Shown: positions 1 through 16,900, counted from the stretch's first letter. The stretch is 64,000 nt of DNA from Bugula neritina (GCA_964035545.1 CAXIUT010000183.1:1426001-1490000), one strand, 5' to 3'. Numbers and translations: made by a program. Notes: a model not told the origin generated them from the letters alone.

Positions 1-378
1 TTGCAAAATACTGCAACATACTGAAATTCACTGCGACACACTGAAATACGCTGCAAAATACTGAAATACACTGTAACATACTGAAATATACTGCAACATA
101 CTGAAATACACTGCTACATACTGAAATTTACTGCAACATACTGCAACATACTGCAATACACTGTAAAATACTGAAATACACTCCAACATACTACAACATA
201 TTGAAATACACTGCAACACATTGAAATACACTGCAACTTACCGAATATATGGTAAACTACTGAAATATACTGTAACGCATTGAAAAGTACTGCAACATAC
301 TGAAATATACTGCGACACCTAGCAATAAACTGTAACATACTGAAATATGCTGTAGCACACTGAAATACACTGCCATTC

Positions 379-3300
379 ACTGAAATATACTGCAACATAC
401 TGAAATACACCGCAACATCCTACAATATGCTGAAATACACAGTAATATATTGAAATACACTGCAACACTTTGAAATACACTGCAACATACCGAAATATAT
501 GGTAAACTACTGCAACATACTACAACATACTGAAATACACTGCAACACATTGAAATATACTGCGACATACCTAAATATACGGTAATATACTGAAATATAC
601 TGTAACACATTGAAAAATACTGCAACATACTGAAATATACTGTAACACACCGAAATATACTGCAACATACTGAAATACACTGTAACATACTGAAATACAC
701 TGCTACATACTGAAATATACTGCAACATACTGCAACATACTGAAATACACAGTAACATACTGAAATAAACTGCAACATACTACAACATATTGAAATACAC
801 TGCAACACATTGAAATATACTGCAACATACCTAAATATACGGTAATATACTGAAATTCACTGTAACGCATTGCAAAATACTGCAACATACTGAAATTCAC
901 TGCGACACACTGAAATACGCTGCAAAATACTGAAATACACTGTAACATACTGAAATATACTGCAACATACTGAAATACACTGCTACATACTGAAATTTAC
1001 TGCAACATACTGCAACATACTGCAATACACTGTAAAATACTGAAATACACTCCAACATACTACAACATATTGAAATACACTGCAACACATTGAAATACAC
1101 TGCAACTTACCGAATATATGGTAAACTACTGAAATATACTGTAACGCATTGAAAAGTACTGCAACATACTGAAATATATTGCGACACATTGCAATAAACT
1201 GTAACATACTGAAAAATGCTGTAGCACACTGAAATACACTGCCATTCACTGAAATATACTGCAACATACTGAAATACACCGCAACATCCTACAACATACT
1301 GAAATACACTGTAACATATTGAAATACACTGCAACACATTGAAATATACTGCAACATAACGAAATATATGGTAAACTACTGAAATATATTTTAACACATC
1401 GAAAAATACTGCAACATACTGAAATAGATTTTAACACATTGAAAAATACTGCAACATACTGAAATATACTGTAACACACTGAAGTACACTGCAACTCACT
1501 GAAATATACTGCAATATACTAAAATACACTGCAACATCCTACAAAATGCTGAAATACACTGTAACATATTGAAATATACTGCGACACCTAGCAATATACT
1601 GTAACATACTGAAATATGCTCTAGCACACTGAAATACAATGTAACTCACTGAAATATACTGCAACATACTGAAATACACTGCAACATCCTACAACATGCT
1701 GAAATACACTGTAACATAGTGAAATACACTGCAACACTTTGAAATATACTGCAACATACCGAAATATATGGTAAACTACTGCAACACACTACAACATATT
1801 GAAATACACTGCAACACATTGAAATATACTGCAACATACCTAAATATACGGTAATATACTGAAATATACTGTAACACACCGAAATATACTGCAACATACT
1901 GAAATACACTGTAACATACTGAAATATACTGCAACATACTGAAATACACTGCTACATACTGAAATATACTGCAACATACTGAAATATACTGTAACACACT
2001 GAAGTACACTGCAACTCACTGAAATATACTGCAATATACTGAAATACACTGCAACATCCTACAAAATGCTGAAATACACTGTAACATATTGAAATACACT
2101 GCAACACATTGAAATATACTGCAACATACCGAAATATATGGTAAACTACTGAAATATACTGTAACACATTGAAAAAAACTGACATACTGAAATATACTGC
2201 GACACCTAGCAATATACTGTAACATACTGAAATATGCTCTAGCACACTGAAATACAATGCAACTCACTGAAATATACTGCAACATACTGAAATACACTGC
2301 AACATCCTACAACATGCTGAAATACACTGTAACATATTGAAATACACTGCAACACTTTGAAATATACTGCAACATACCGAAATATATGGTAAACTACTGC
2401 AACACACTACAACATATTGAAATACACTGCAACACATTGAAATATACTGCAACATGCCTAAATTTACGGTAATATAATGAAATATACTGTAACACACCGA
2501 AATATACTGCAACATACTGAAATACACTGTAACATACTGCAATATACTGCAACATACTGAAATACACTGCTACATACTGAAATATACTGCAACATACTGC
2601 AACATACTGAAATACACTGTAACATAATGAAATAAACTGCAACATACTACAACATATTGAAATACACTGCAACACATTGAATTATACTGCAACATACCTA
2701 AATATACTGTAACACATTGAAAAAACTGCAACATACTGAAATACACTGCAACACACTGAAATACACTGCAAAATACCACAACATACTGAAATACACTGTA
2801 ACATACTGAAATATACTGCAACATACTGAAATACACTGCTACATACTGAAATATACTGCAACGTACTGCAACATACTCCAGCATACTGAAATACACTGTA
2901 ACATACTGAAATACACTGCAACATACTACCACATATTGAAATACACTGCAACACATTGAAATGTACTGCAACATACCGAAATATATGGTAAACTACTAAA
3001 ATATACTGTAACACATTGAAAAATACTGCAACATACTGAAATATACTGCGACACCTAGCAATATACTGTAACATACTGAGATATGCTCTAGCACACTGAA
3101 ATACAATGCAACTTACTGAAATATACTGCAACATACTGAAATACACTGCAACATCCTACAATATGCTGAAATACACAGTAATATATTGAAATACACTGCA
3201 ACACTTTGAAATACACTGCAACATACCGAAATATATGGTAAACTACTGCAACATACTACAACATACTGAAATACACTGCAACACATTGAAATATACTGCG

Positions 3301-5335
3301 ACATACCTAAATATACGGTAATATACTGAAATATACTGTAACACATTGAAAAATACTGCAACATACTGAAATATACTGTAACACACCGAAATATACTGCA
3401 ACATACTGAAATACACTGTAACATACTGAAATACACTGCTACATACTGAAATATACTGCAACATACTGCAACATACTGAAATACACAGTAACATACTGAA
3501 ATAAACTGCAACATACTACAACATATTGAAATACACTGCAACACATTGAAATATACTGCAACATACCTAAATATACGGTAATATACTGAAATTCACTGTA
3601 ACGCATTGCAAAATACTGCAACATACTGAAATTCACTGCGACACACTGAAATACGCTGCAAAATACTGAAATACACTGTAACATACTGAAATATACTGCA
3701 ACATACTGAAATACACTGCTACATACTGAAATTTACTGCAACATACTGCAACATACTGCAATACACTGTAAAATACTGAAATACACTCCAACATACTACA
3801 ACATATTGAAATACACTGCAACACATTGAAATACACTGCAACTTACCGAATATATGGTAAACTACTGAAATATACTGTAACGCATTGAAAAGTACTGCAA
3901 CATACTGAAATATATTGCGACACATTGCAATAAACTGTAACATACTGAAAAATGCTGTAGCACACTGAAATACACTGCCATTCACTGAAATATACTGCAA
4001 CATACTGAAATACACCGCAACATCCTACAACATACTGAAATACACTGTAACATATTGAAATACACTGCAACACATTGAAATATACTGCAACATAACGAAA
4101 TATATGGTAAACTACTGAAATATATTTTAACACATCGAAAAATACTGCAACATACTGAAATAGATTTTAACACATTGAAAAATACTGCAACATACTGAAA
4201 TATACTGTAACACACTGAAGTACACTGCAACTCACTGAAATATACTGCAATATACTGAAATACACTGCAACATCCTACAAAATGCTGAAATACACTGTAA
4301 CATATTGAAATATACTGCGACACCTAGCAATATACTGTAACATACTGAAATATGCTCTAGCACACTGAAATACAATGTAACTCACTGAAATATACTGCAA
4401 CATACTGAAATACACTGCAACATCCTACAACATGCTGAAATACACTGTAACATAGTGAAATACACTGCAACACTTTGAAATATACTGCAACATACCGAAA
4501 TATATGGTAAACTACTGCAACACACTACAACATATTGAAATACACTGCAACACATTGAAATATACTGCAACATACCTAAATATACGGTAATATACTGAAA
4601 TATACTGTAACACACCGAAATATACTGCAACATACTGAAATACACTGTAACATACTGAAATATACTGCAACATACTGAAATACACTGCTACATACTGAAA
4701 TATACTGCAACATACTGAAATATACTGTAACACACTGAAGTACACTGCAACTCACTGAAGTATACTGCAATATACTGAAATACACTGCAACATCCTACAA
4801 AATGCTGAAATACACTGTAACATACTGAAATACACTGCAACACATTGAAATATACTGCAACATACCGAAATATATGGTAAACTACTGAAATATACTGTAA
4901 CACATTGAAAAAAACTGACATACTGAAATATACTGCGACACCTAGCAATATACTGTAACATACTGAAATATGCTCTAGCACACTGAAATACAATGCAACT
5001 CACTGAAATATACTGCAACATACTGAAATACACTGCAACATCCTACAACATGCTGAAATACACTGTAACATATTGAAATACACTGCAACACTTTGAAATA
5101 TACTGCAAGATACCGAAATATATGGTAAACTACTGCAACACACTACAACATATTGAAATACACTGCAACACATTGAAATATACTGCAACATGCCTAAATT
5201 TACGGTAATATAATGAAATATACTGTAACACACCGAAATATACTGCAACATACTGAAATACACTGTAACATACTGAAATATACTGCAACATACTGAAATA
5301 CACTGCTACATACTGAAATATACTGCAACATACTG
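379..5335. repeat. 2736-bp higher-order repeat, one full copy (~379-3114) plus a partial second copy (~3115-5335)
   Basis: Identical or near-identical ORFs at constant offset 2736: 507/3243, 703/3439, 897/3633, 1107/3843, 1646/4382, 1952/4688. Confidence 0.92.
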
Positions 5336-5950
5336 AAATATACTGTAACACACTGAAGTACACTGCAACTCACTGAAATATACTGCAATATACTGAAATA
5401 CACTGCAACATCCTACAAAATGCTGAAATACACTGTAACATATTGAAATACACTGCAACACATTGAAATATACTGCAACATACCGAAATATATGGTAAAC
5501 TACTGAAATAAACTGTAACACATTGAAAAAAACTGACATACTGAAATATACTGCGACACCTAGCAATATACTGTAACATACTGAAATATGCTCTAGCACA
5601 CTGAAATACAATGCAACTCACTGAAATATACTGCAACATACTGAAATAGACTGCAACATCCTACAACATGCTGAAATACACTGTAACCTATTGAAATACA
5701 CTGCAACACTTTGAAATATACTGCAACATACCGAAATATATGGTAAACTACTGCAACACACTACAACATATTGAAATACACTGCAACACATTGAAATATA
5801 CTGCAACATGCCTAAATTTACGGTAATATAATGAAATATACTGTAACACACCGAAATATACTGCAACATACTGAAATACACTGTAACATACTGAAATATA
5901 CTGCAACATACTGAAATACACTGCTACATACTGAAATATACTGCAACATA
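4382..5950. repeat. 618-bp sub-HOR (370 + 248 bp modules) in tandem; also at ~1646-2600, ~11654-12920 and ~24057-25620
   Basis: ORF starts at 4382/5000/5618, 11654/12272/12890 and 24057/24675/25293 are spaced 618 bp. GCAACATCCT landmarks at 1681, 2051 and 2299 give 370 and 248. Confidence 0.92.
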
Positions 5951-8530
5951 CTGAAATACACTGAAATACACTGTAACATAATGAAATAAACTGCAACATA
6001 CTACAACATATTGAAATACACTGCAACACATTGAGATATACTGCAACATACCTAAATATACGGTAATATACTGAAATATACTGTAACACATTGAAAAAAC
6101 TGCAACATACTGAAATACACTGCAACACACTGAAATACACCGCAAAATACTACAACATACTGAAATACTTTGTAACATATTGAAATACACTGCAACATAC
6201 TACCACATATTGAAATACACTGCAACACATTGAAATGTACTGCAACATACCGAAATATATGGTAAACTACTAAAATATACTGTAACACATTGAAAAATAC
6301 TGCAACATACTGAAATATACTGCGACACCTAGCAATATACTGTAACATACTGAAATATGCTCTAGCACACTGAAATACAATGCAACTTACTGAAATATAC
6401 TGCAACATACTGAAATACACTGCAACATCCTACAATATGCTGAAATACACAGTAACATATTGAAATACACTGCAACACTTTGAAATATACTGCAACATAC
6501 CGAAATATATGGTAAACTACTGCAACATACTACAACATACTGAAATACACTGCAACACATTGAAATATACTGCGACATACCTAAATATACGGTAATATAC
6601 TGAAATATACTGTAACACATTGAAAAATACTGCAACATACTGGAATATACCGTAACACACCGAAATATACTGCAACATACTGAATTACACTGTAACATAC
6701 TGAAATACACTGTTACATACTGAAATATACTGCAACATACTGCAACAAACTGAAATACACAGTAACATACTGAAATAAACTGCAACATACTACAACATAT
6801 TGAAATACACTGCAACACATTGAAATATACTGCAACATACCTAAATATACGGTAATATACTGAAATTCACTGTAACGCATTGCAAAATACTGCAACATAC
6901 TGAAATTCACTGCGACACACTGAAATACGCTGCAAAATACTGAAATACACTGTAACATACTGAAATATACTGCAACATACTGAAATACACTGCTACATAC
7001 TGAAATTTACTGCAACATACTGCAACATACTGCAATACACTGTAAAATACTGAAATACACTCCAACATACTACAACATATTGAAATACACTGCAACACAT
7101 TGAAATACACTGCAACTTACCGAATATATGGTAAAATACTGAAATATACTGTAACGCATTGAAAAGTACTGCAACATACTGAAATATATTGCGACACATT
7201 GCAATAAACTGTAACATACTGAAAAATGCTGTAGCACACTGAAATACACTGCCATTCACTGAAATATACTGCAACATACTGAAATACACCGCAACATCCT
7301 ACAACATACTGAAATACACTGTAACATATTGAAATACACTGCAACACATTGAAATATACTGCAACATAGCGAAATATATGGTAAACTACTGAAATATATT
7401 TTAACACATCGAAAAATACTGCAACATACTGTAATAGATTTTAACACATTGAAAAATACTGCAACATACTGAAATATACTGTAACACACTGAAGTACACT
7501 GCAACTCACTGAAATATACTGCAATATACTGAAATACACTGCAACATCCTACAAAATGCTGAAATACACTGTAACATATTGAAATATACTGCGACACCTA
7601 GCAATATACTGTAACATACTGAAATATGCTCTAGCACACTGAAATACAATGTAACTCACTGAAATATACTGCAACATACTGAAATACACTGCAACATCCT
7701 ACAACATGCTGAAATACACTGTAACATATTGAAATACACTGCAACACTTTGATATATACTGCAACATACCGAAATATATGGTAAACTACTGCAACACACT
7801 ACAACATATTGAAATACACTGCAACACATTGAAATATACTGCAACATACCTAAATATACGGTAATATACTGAAATATACTGTAACACACCGAAATATACT
7901 GCAACATACTGAAATACACTGTAACATACTGAAATATACTGCAACATACTGAAATACACTGCTACATACTGAAATATACTGCAACATACTGCAACATACT
8001 GAAATACACTGTAACATAATGAAATAAACTGCAACATACTACAACATATTGAAATACACTGCAACACATTGAAATATACTGCAACATACCTAAATATACT
8101 GTAACACATTGAAAAAACTGCAACATACTGAAATACACTGCAACACACTGAAATACACCGCAAAATACTACAACATACTGAAATACACTGTAACATATTG
8201 AAATCCAGTGCAACACATTGAAATATACTGCAACATACCGAAGTATATGGTAAACTAATGAAATATACTGTAATACATTGAAAAATAACGCAACATACTG
8301 AAATATACTGCGACACATTGCAATATACTGTAACATACTGAAATATGCTGTAGCACACTGAAATACACTGCAACATCCTACAACATACTGAAATACACTG
8401 TAACATATTGAAATACACTGCAAGAAATTGAAATAGACTGCAACACAACAAAATATATGGTAAACTACTGAAATAGACTTTAACACATTGAAAAATACTG
8501 CAACATACAGAAATATACTGTAACACACTG

Positions 8531-8690
8531 AAATATACTGCAACATACTGAAATACACTGTAACATACTGAAATATACTGCAACATACTGAAATACACTG
8601 CTACATACTGAAATATACTGCAACATACTGAAATACACTGTAACATACTGAAATATACTGCAACATACTGAAATACACTGCTACATACTG
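8531..8690. repeat. Perfect 80-bp tandem duplication of the near-consensus tract ending in ACTGCTACAT
   Basis: 8531-8610 is identical by eye to 8611-8690 (aaatatactg caacatactg aaatacactg taacatactg aaatatactg caacatactg aaatacactg ctacatactg). Confidence 0.9.
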
Positions 8691-8699
8691 AAATATACT

Positions 8700-10980
8700 G
8701 CAACGTACTGCAACATACTCCAGCATACTGAAATACACTGTAACATACTGAAATACACTGCAACATACTACCACATATTGAAATACACTGCAACACATTG
8801 AAATGTACTGCAACATACCGAAATAAATGGTAAACTACTAAAATATACTGTAACATATTGAAAAATACTGCAACATACTGAAATATACTGCGACACCTAG
8901 CAATAAAGTGTAACATACTGAAAAATGCTGTAGCACACTGAAATACACTGCCATTCACTGAAATATACTGCAACATACTGAAATACACCGCAACATCCTA
9001 CAACATACTGAAATACACTGTAACATATTGAAATACACCGCAACACATTGAAATATACTGCAACATAATGAAATATATGGTAAACTACTGAAATATATTT
9101 TAACACATCGAAAAATACTGCAACATACTGAAATATATTTTAACACATTGAACAATACTGCAACATACTGAAATATACTGTAACACACTGAAGTACACTG
9201 CAACTCACTGAAATATACTGCAATATACTGAAATACACTGCAACATTCTACAAAATGCTGAAATACACTGTAACATATTGAAATATACTGCGACACCTAG
9301 CAATATACTGTAACATACTGAATTATGCTCTAGCACACTGAAATACAATGTAACTCACTGAAATATACTGCAACATACTGAAATACACTGCAACATCCTA
9401 CAACATGCTGAAATACACTGTAACATATTGAAATACACTGCAACACTTTGAAATATACTGCAACATACCGAAATATATTATGGTAAACTACTGCAACACA
9501 CTACAACATATTGAAATACACTGCAACACATTGAAATATACTGCAACATACCTAAATATACGGTAATATACTGAAATATACTGTAACACACCAAAATATA
9601 CTGCAACATACTGAAATACACTGTAACATACTGAAATATACTGCAACATACTGAAATACACTGCTACATACTGAAATATACTGCAACATACTGAAATATA
9701 CTGTAACACACTGAAGTACACTGCAACTCACTGAAATATACTGCAATATACTGAAATACACTGCAGCATCCTACAAAATGCTGAAATACACTGTAACATA
9801 TTGAAATACACTGCAACACATTGAAATATACTGCAACATACCGAAATATATGGTAAACTACTGAAATATACCGTAACACATTGAAAAAAACTGATATACT
9901 GAAATATACTGCGACACCTAGCAATATACTGTAACATACTGAAATATGCTCTAGCACACTGAAATACAATGCAACTCACTGAAATATACTGCAACATACT
10001 GAAATGCACTGCAACATCCTACAACATGCTGAAATACACTGTAACATATTGAAATACACTGCAACACTTTGAAATATACTGCAACATACCGAAATATATG
10101 GTAAACTACTGCAACACACTACAACATATTGAAATACACTGCAACACATTGAAATATACTGCAACATGCCTAAATTTACGGTAATATAATGAAATATACT
10201 GTAACACACCGAAATATACTGCAACATACTGAAATACACTGTAACATACTGAAATATACTGCAACATACTGAAATACACTGCTACATACTGAAATATACT
10301 GCAACATACTGCAACATACTGAAATACACTGTAACATAATGAAATAAACTGCAACATACTACAACATATTGAAATACACTGCAACACATTGAATTATACT
10401 GCAACATACCTAAATATACTGTAACACATTGAAAAAACTGCAACATACTGAAATACACTGCAACACACTGAAATACACTGCAAAATACCACAACATACTG
10501 AAATACACTGTAACATACTGAAATATACTGCAACATACTGAAATACACTGCTACATACTGAAATATACTGCAACGTACTGCAACATACTCCAGCATACTG
10601 AAATACACTGTAACATACTGAAATACACTGCAACATACTACCACATATTGAAATACACTGCAACACATTGAAATGTACTGCAACATACCGAAATATATGG
10701 TAAACTACTAAAATATACTGTAACACATTGAAAAATACTGCAACATACTGAAATATACTGCGACACCTAGCAATATACTGTAACATACTGAAATATGCTC
10801 TAGCACACTGAAATACAATGCAACTTACTGAAATATACTGCAACATACTGAAATACACTGCAACATCCTACAATATGCTGAAATACACAGTAATATATTG
10901 AAATACACTGCAACACTTTGAAATACACTGCAACATACCGAAATATATGGTAAACTACTGCAACATACTACAACATACTG
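8700..10980. repeat. Block repeated at ~15780-18060 (offset 7081); carries the +3 (TAT) insertion and PstI-variant lineage markers
   Basis: ORF offsets 8897/15978, 9488/16569 and 10394/17475 are all 7081. Shared AAATATATTATGG (9471, 16552) and CTGCAGCATC (9761, 16842). Confidence 0.88.
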
Positions 10981-13900
10981 AAATACACTGCTACATACTG
11001 AAATTTACTGCAACATACTGCAACATACTGCAATACACTGTAAAATACTGAAATACACTCCAACATACTACAACATATTGAAATACACTGCAACACATTG
11101 AAATACACTGCAGCTTACCGAATATATGGTAAACTACTGAAATATACTGTAACGCATTGAAAAGTACTGCAACATACTGAAATATATTGCGACACATTGC
11201 AATAAACTGTAACATACTGAAAAATGCTGTAGCACACTGAAATACACTGCCATTCACTGAAATATACTGCAACATACTGAAATACACCGCAACATCCTAC
11301 AACATACTGAAATACACTGTAACATATTGAAATACACTGCAACACATTGAAATATACTGCAACATAACGAAATATATGGTAAACTACTGAAATATATTTT
11401 AACACATCGAAAAATACTGCAACATACTGAAATAGATTTTAACACATTGAAAAATACTGCAACATACTGAAATATACTGTAACACACTGAAGTACACTGC
11501 AACTCACTGAAATATACTGCAATATACTGAAATACACTGCAACATCCTACAAAATGCTGAAATACACTGTAACATATTGAAATATACTCCGACACCTAGC
11601 AATATACTGTAACATACTGAAATATGCTCTAGCACACTGAAATACAATGTAACTCACTGAAATATACTGCAACATACTGAAATACACTGCAACATCCTAC
11701 AACATGCTGAAATACACTGTAACATAGTGAAATACACTGCAACACTTTGAAATATACTGCAACATACCGAAATATATGGTAAACTACTGCAACACACTAC
11801 AACATATTGAAATACACTGCAACACATTGAAATATACTGCAACATACCTAAATATACGGTAATATACTGAAATACACTGTAACACACCGAAATATACTGC
11901 AACATACTGAAATACACTGTAACATACTGAAATATACTGCAACATACTGAAATACACTGCTACATACTGAAATATACTGCAACATACTGAAATATACTGT
12001 AACACACTGAAGTACACTGCAACTCACTGAAATATACTGCAATATACTGAAATACACTGCAACATCCTACAAAATGCTGAAATACACTGTAACATATTGA
12101 AATACACTGCAACACATTGAAATATACTGCAACATACCGAAATATATGGTAAACTACTGAAATATACTGTAACACATTGAAAAAAACTGACATACTGAAA
12201 TATACTGCGACACCTAGCAATATACTGTAACATACTGAAATATGCTCTAGCACACTGAAATACAATGCAACTCACTGAAATATACTGCAACATACTGAAA
12301 TACACTGCAACATCCTACAACATGCTGAAATACACTGTAACATATTGAAATACACTGCAACACTTTGAAATATACTGCAACATACCGAAATATATGGTAA
12401 ACTACTGCAACACACTACAACATATTGAAATACACTGCAACACATTGAAATATACTGCAACATGCCTAAATTTACGGTAATATAATGAAATATACTGTAA
12501 CACACCGAAATATACTGCAACATACTGAAATACACTGTAACATACTGAAATATACTGCAACATACTGAAATACACTGCTACATACTGAAATATACTGCAA
12601 CATACTGAAATATACTGTAACACACTGAAGTACACTGCAACTCACTGAAATATACTGCAATATACTGAAATACACTGCAACATCCTACAAAATGCTGAAA
12701 TACACTGTAACATATTGAAATACACTGCAACACATTGAAATATACTGCAACATACCGAAATATATGGTAAACTACTGAAATAAACTGTAACACATTGAAA
12801 AAAACTGACATACTGAAATATACTGCGACACCTAGCAATATACTGTAACATACTGAAATATGCTCTAGCACACTGAAATACAATGCAACTCACTGAAATA
12901 TACTGCAACATACTGAAATACACTGCAACATCCTACAATATGCTGAAATACACAGTAACATAATGAAATACACTGCAACACTTTGAAATATACTGCAACA
13001 TACCGAAATATATGGTAAACTACTGCAACATACTACAACATACTGAAATACACTGCAACACATTGAAATATACTGCGACATACCTAAATATACGGTAATA
13101 TACTGAAATATACTGTAACACATTGAAAAATACTGCAACATACTGAAATATACTGTAACACATCGAAATATACTGCAACATACTGAATTACACTGTAACA
13201 TACTGAAATACACTGCTACATACTGAAATATACTGCAACATACTGCAACAAACTGAAATACACAGTAACATACTGAAATAAACTGCAACATACTACAACA
13301 TATTGAAATACACTGCAACACATTGAAATATACTGCAACATACCTAAATATACGGTAATATACTGAAATTCACTGTAACGCATTGCAAAATACTGCAACA
13401 TACTGAAATTCACTGCGACACACTGAAATACGCTGCAAAATACTGAAATACACTGTAACATACTGAAATATACTGCAACATACTGAAATACACTGCTACA
13501 TACTGAAATTTACTGCAACATACTGCAACATACTGCAATACACTGTAAAATACTGAAATACACTCCAACATACTACAACATATTGAAATACACTGCAACA
13601 CATTGAAATACACTGCAACTTACCGAATATATGGTAAAATACTGAAATATACTGTAACGCATTGAAAAGTACTGCAACATACTGAAATATATTGCGACAC
13701 ATTGCAATAAACTGTAACATACTGAAAAATGCTGTAGCACACTGAAATACACTGCCATTCACTGAAATATACTGCAACATACTGAAATACACCGCAACAT
13801 CCTACAACATACTGAAATACACTGTAACATATTGAAATACACTGCAACACATTGAAATATACTGCAACATAGCGAAATATATGGTAAACTACTGAAATAT

Positions 13901-16900
13901 ATTTTAACACATCGAAAAATACTGCAACATACTGTAATAGATTTTAACACATTGAAAAATACTGCAACATACTGAAATATACTGTAACACACTGAAGTAC
14001 ACTGCAACTCACTGAAATATACTGCAATATACTGAAATACACTGCAACATCCTACAAAATGCTGAAATACACTGTAACATATTGAAATATACTGCGACAC
14101 CTAGCAATATACTGTAACATACTGAAATATGCTCTAGCACACTGAAATACAATGTAACTCACTGAAATATACTGCAACATACTGAAATACACTGCAACAT
14201 CCTACAACATGCTGAAATACACTGTAACATATTGAAATACACTGCAACACTTTGATATATACTGCAACATACCGAAATATATGGTAAACTACTGCAACAC
14301 ACTACAACATATTGAAATACACTGCAACACATTGAAATATACTGCAACATACCTAAATATACGGTAATATACTGAAATATACTGTAACACACCGAAATAT
14401 ACTGCAACATACTGAAATACACTGTAACATACTGAAATATACTGCAACATACTGAAATACACTGCTACATACTGAAATATACTGCAACATACTGAAATAT
14501 ACTGTAACACACTGAAGTACACTGCAACTCACTGAAATATACTGCAATATACTGAAATACACTGCAACATCCTACAAAATGCTGAAATACACTGTAACAT
14601 ATTGAAATACACTGCAACACATTGAAATATACTGCAACATACCGAAATATATGGTAAACTACTGAAATATACTGTAACACATTGAAAAAAACTGACATAC
14701 TGAAATATACTGCGACACCCAGCAATATACTGTAACATACTGAAATATGCTCTAGCACACTGAAATACAATGCAACTCACTGAAATATACTGCAACATAC
14801 TGAAATACACTGCAACATCCTACATCATGCTGAAATACACTGTAACATATTGAAATACACTGCAACACTTTGAAATATACTGCAACATACCGAAATATAT
14901 GGTAAACTACTGCAACACACTACAACATATTGAAATACACTGCAACACATTGAAATATACTGCAACATGCCTAAATTTACGGTAATATAATGAAATATAC
15001 TGTAACACACCGAAATATACTGCAACATACTGAAATACACTGTAACATACTGAAATATACTGCAACATACTGAAATACACTGCTACATACTGAAATATAC
15101 TGCAACATACTGCAACATACTGAAATACACTGTAACATAATGAAATAAACTGCAACATACTACAACATATTGAAATACACTGCAACACATTGAAATATAC
15201 TGCAACATACCTAAATATACTGTAACACATTGAAAAAACTGCAACATACTGAAATACACTGCAACACACTGAAATACACCGCAAAATACTACAACATACT
15301 GAAATACACTGTAACATATTGAAATCCAGTGCAACACATTGAAATATACTGCAACATACCGAAGTATATGGTAAACTAATGAAATATACTGTAACACATT
15401 GAAAAATACCGCAACATACTGAAATATACTGCGACACATTGCAATATACTGTAACATACTGAAATATGCTGTAGCACACTGAAATACACTGCAACATCCT
15501 ACAACATACTGAAATACACTGTAACATATTGAAATACACTGCAAGAAATTGAAATAGACTGCAACACAACAAAATATATGGTAAACTACTGAAATAGACT
15601 TTAACACATTGAAAAATACTGCAACATACAGAAATATACTGTAACACACTGAAATATACTGCAACATACTGAAATACACTGTAACATACTGAAATATACT
15701 GCAACATACTGAAATACACTGCTACATACTGAAATATACTGCAACATACTGAAATACACTGTAACATACTGAAATATACTGCAACGTACTGCAACATACT
15801 CCAGCATACTGAAATACACTGTAACATACTGAAATACACTGCAACATACTACCACATATTGAAATACACTGCAACACATTGAAATGTACTGCAACATACC
15901 GAAATAAATGGTAAACTACTAAAATATACTGTAACATATTGAAAAATACTGCAACATACTGAAATATACTGCGACACCTAGCAATAAACTGTAACATACT
16001 GAAAAATGCTGTAGCACACTGAAATACACTGCCATCCACTGAAATATACTGCAACATACTGAAATACACCGCAACATCCTACAACATACTGAAATACACT
16101 GTAACATATTGAAATACACCGCAACACATTGAAATATACTGCAACATAATGAAATATATGGTAAACTACTGAAATATATTTTAACACATCGAAAAATACT
16201 GCAACATACTGAAATATATTTTAACACATTGAAAAATACTGCAACATACTGAAATATACTGTAACACACTGAAGTACACTGCAACTCACTGAAATATACT
16301 GCAATATACTGAAATACACTGCAACATTCTACAAAATGCTGAAATACACTGTAACATATTGAAATATACTGCGACACCTAGCAATATACTGTAACATACT
16401 GAAATATGCTCTAGCACACTGAAATACAATGTAACTCACTGAAATATACTGCAACATACTGAAATACACTGCAACATCCTACAACATGCTGAAATACACT
16501 GTAACATATTGAAATACACTGCAACACTTTGAAATATACTGCAACATACCGAAATATATTATGGTAAACTACTGCAACACACTACAACATATTGAAATAC
16601 ACTGCAACACATTGAAATATACTGCAACATACCTAAATATACGGTAATATACTGAAATATACTGTAACACACCAAAATATACTGCAACATACTGAAATAC
16701 ACTGTAACATACTGAAATATACTGCAACATACTGAAATACACTGCTACATACTGAAATATACTGCAACATACTGAAATATACTGTAACACACTGAAGTAC
16801 ACTGCAACTCACTGAAATATACTGCAATATACTGAAATACACTGCAGCATCCTACAAAATGCTGAAATACACTGTAACATATTGAAATACACTGCAACAC

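Noticed and set aside
72-81. Resemblance of TGTAACATAC to the Drosophila 10-bp Prod satellite AATAACATAG (shared TAACATA)
   Set aside because: A 7/10 match in an AT-rich decamer is expected by chance. It involves only one variant, and the CTG core and 20-bp alternation are absent from Prodsat.
1188-1195. Short palindromes (ATTGCAAT, TGCA, CTAG, AGTACT, ATATAT) as cruciform or regulatory elements
   Set aside because: They are only 4-8 bp with no extended inverted repeats, too short to support a structural or regulatory call.
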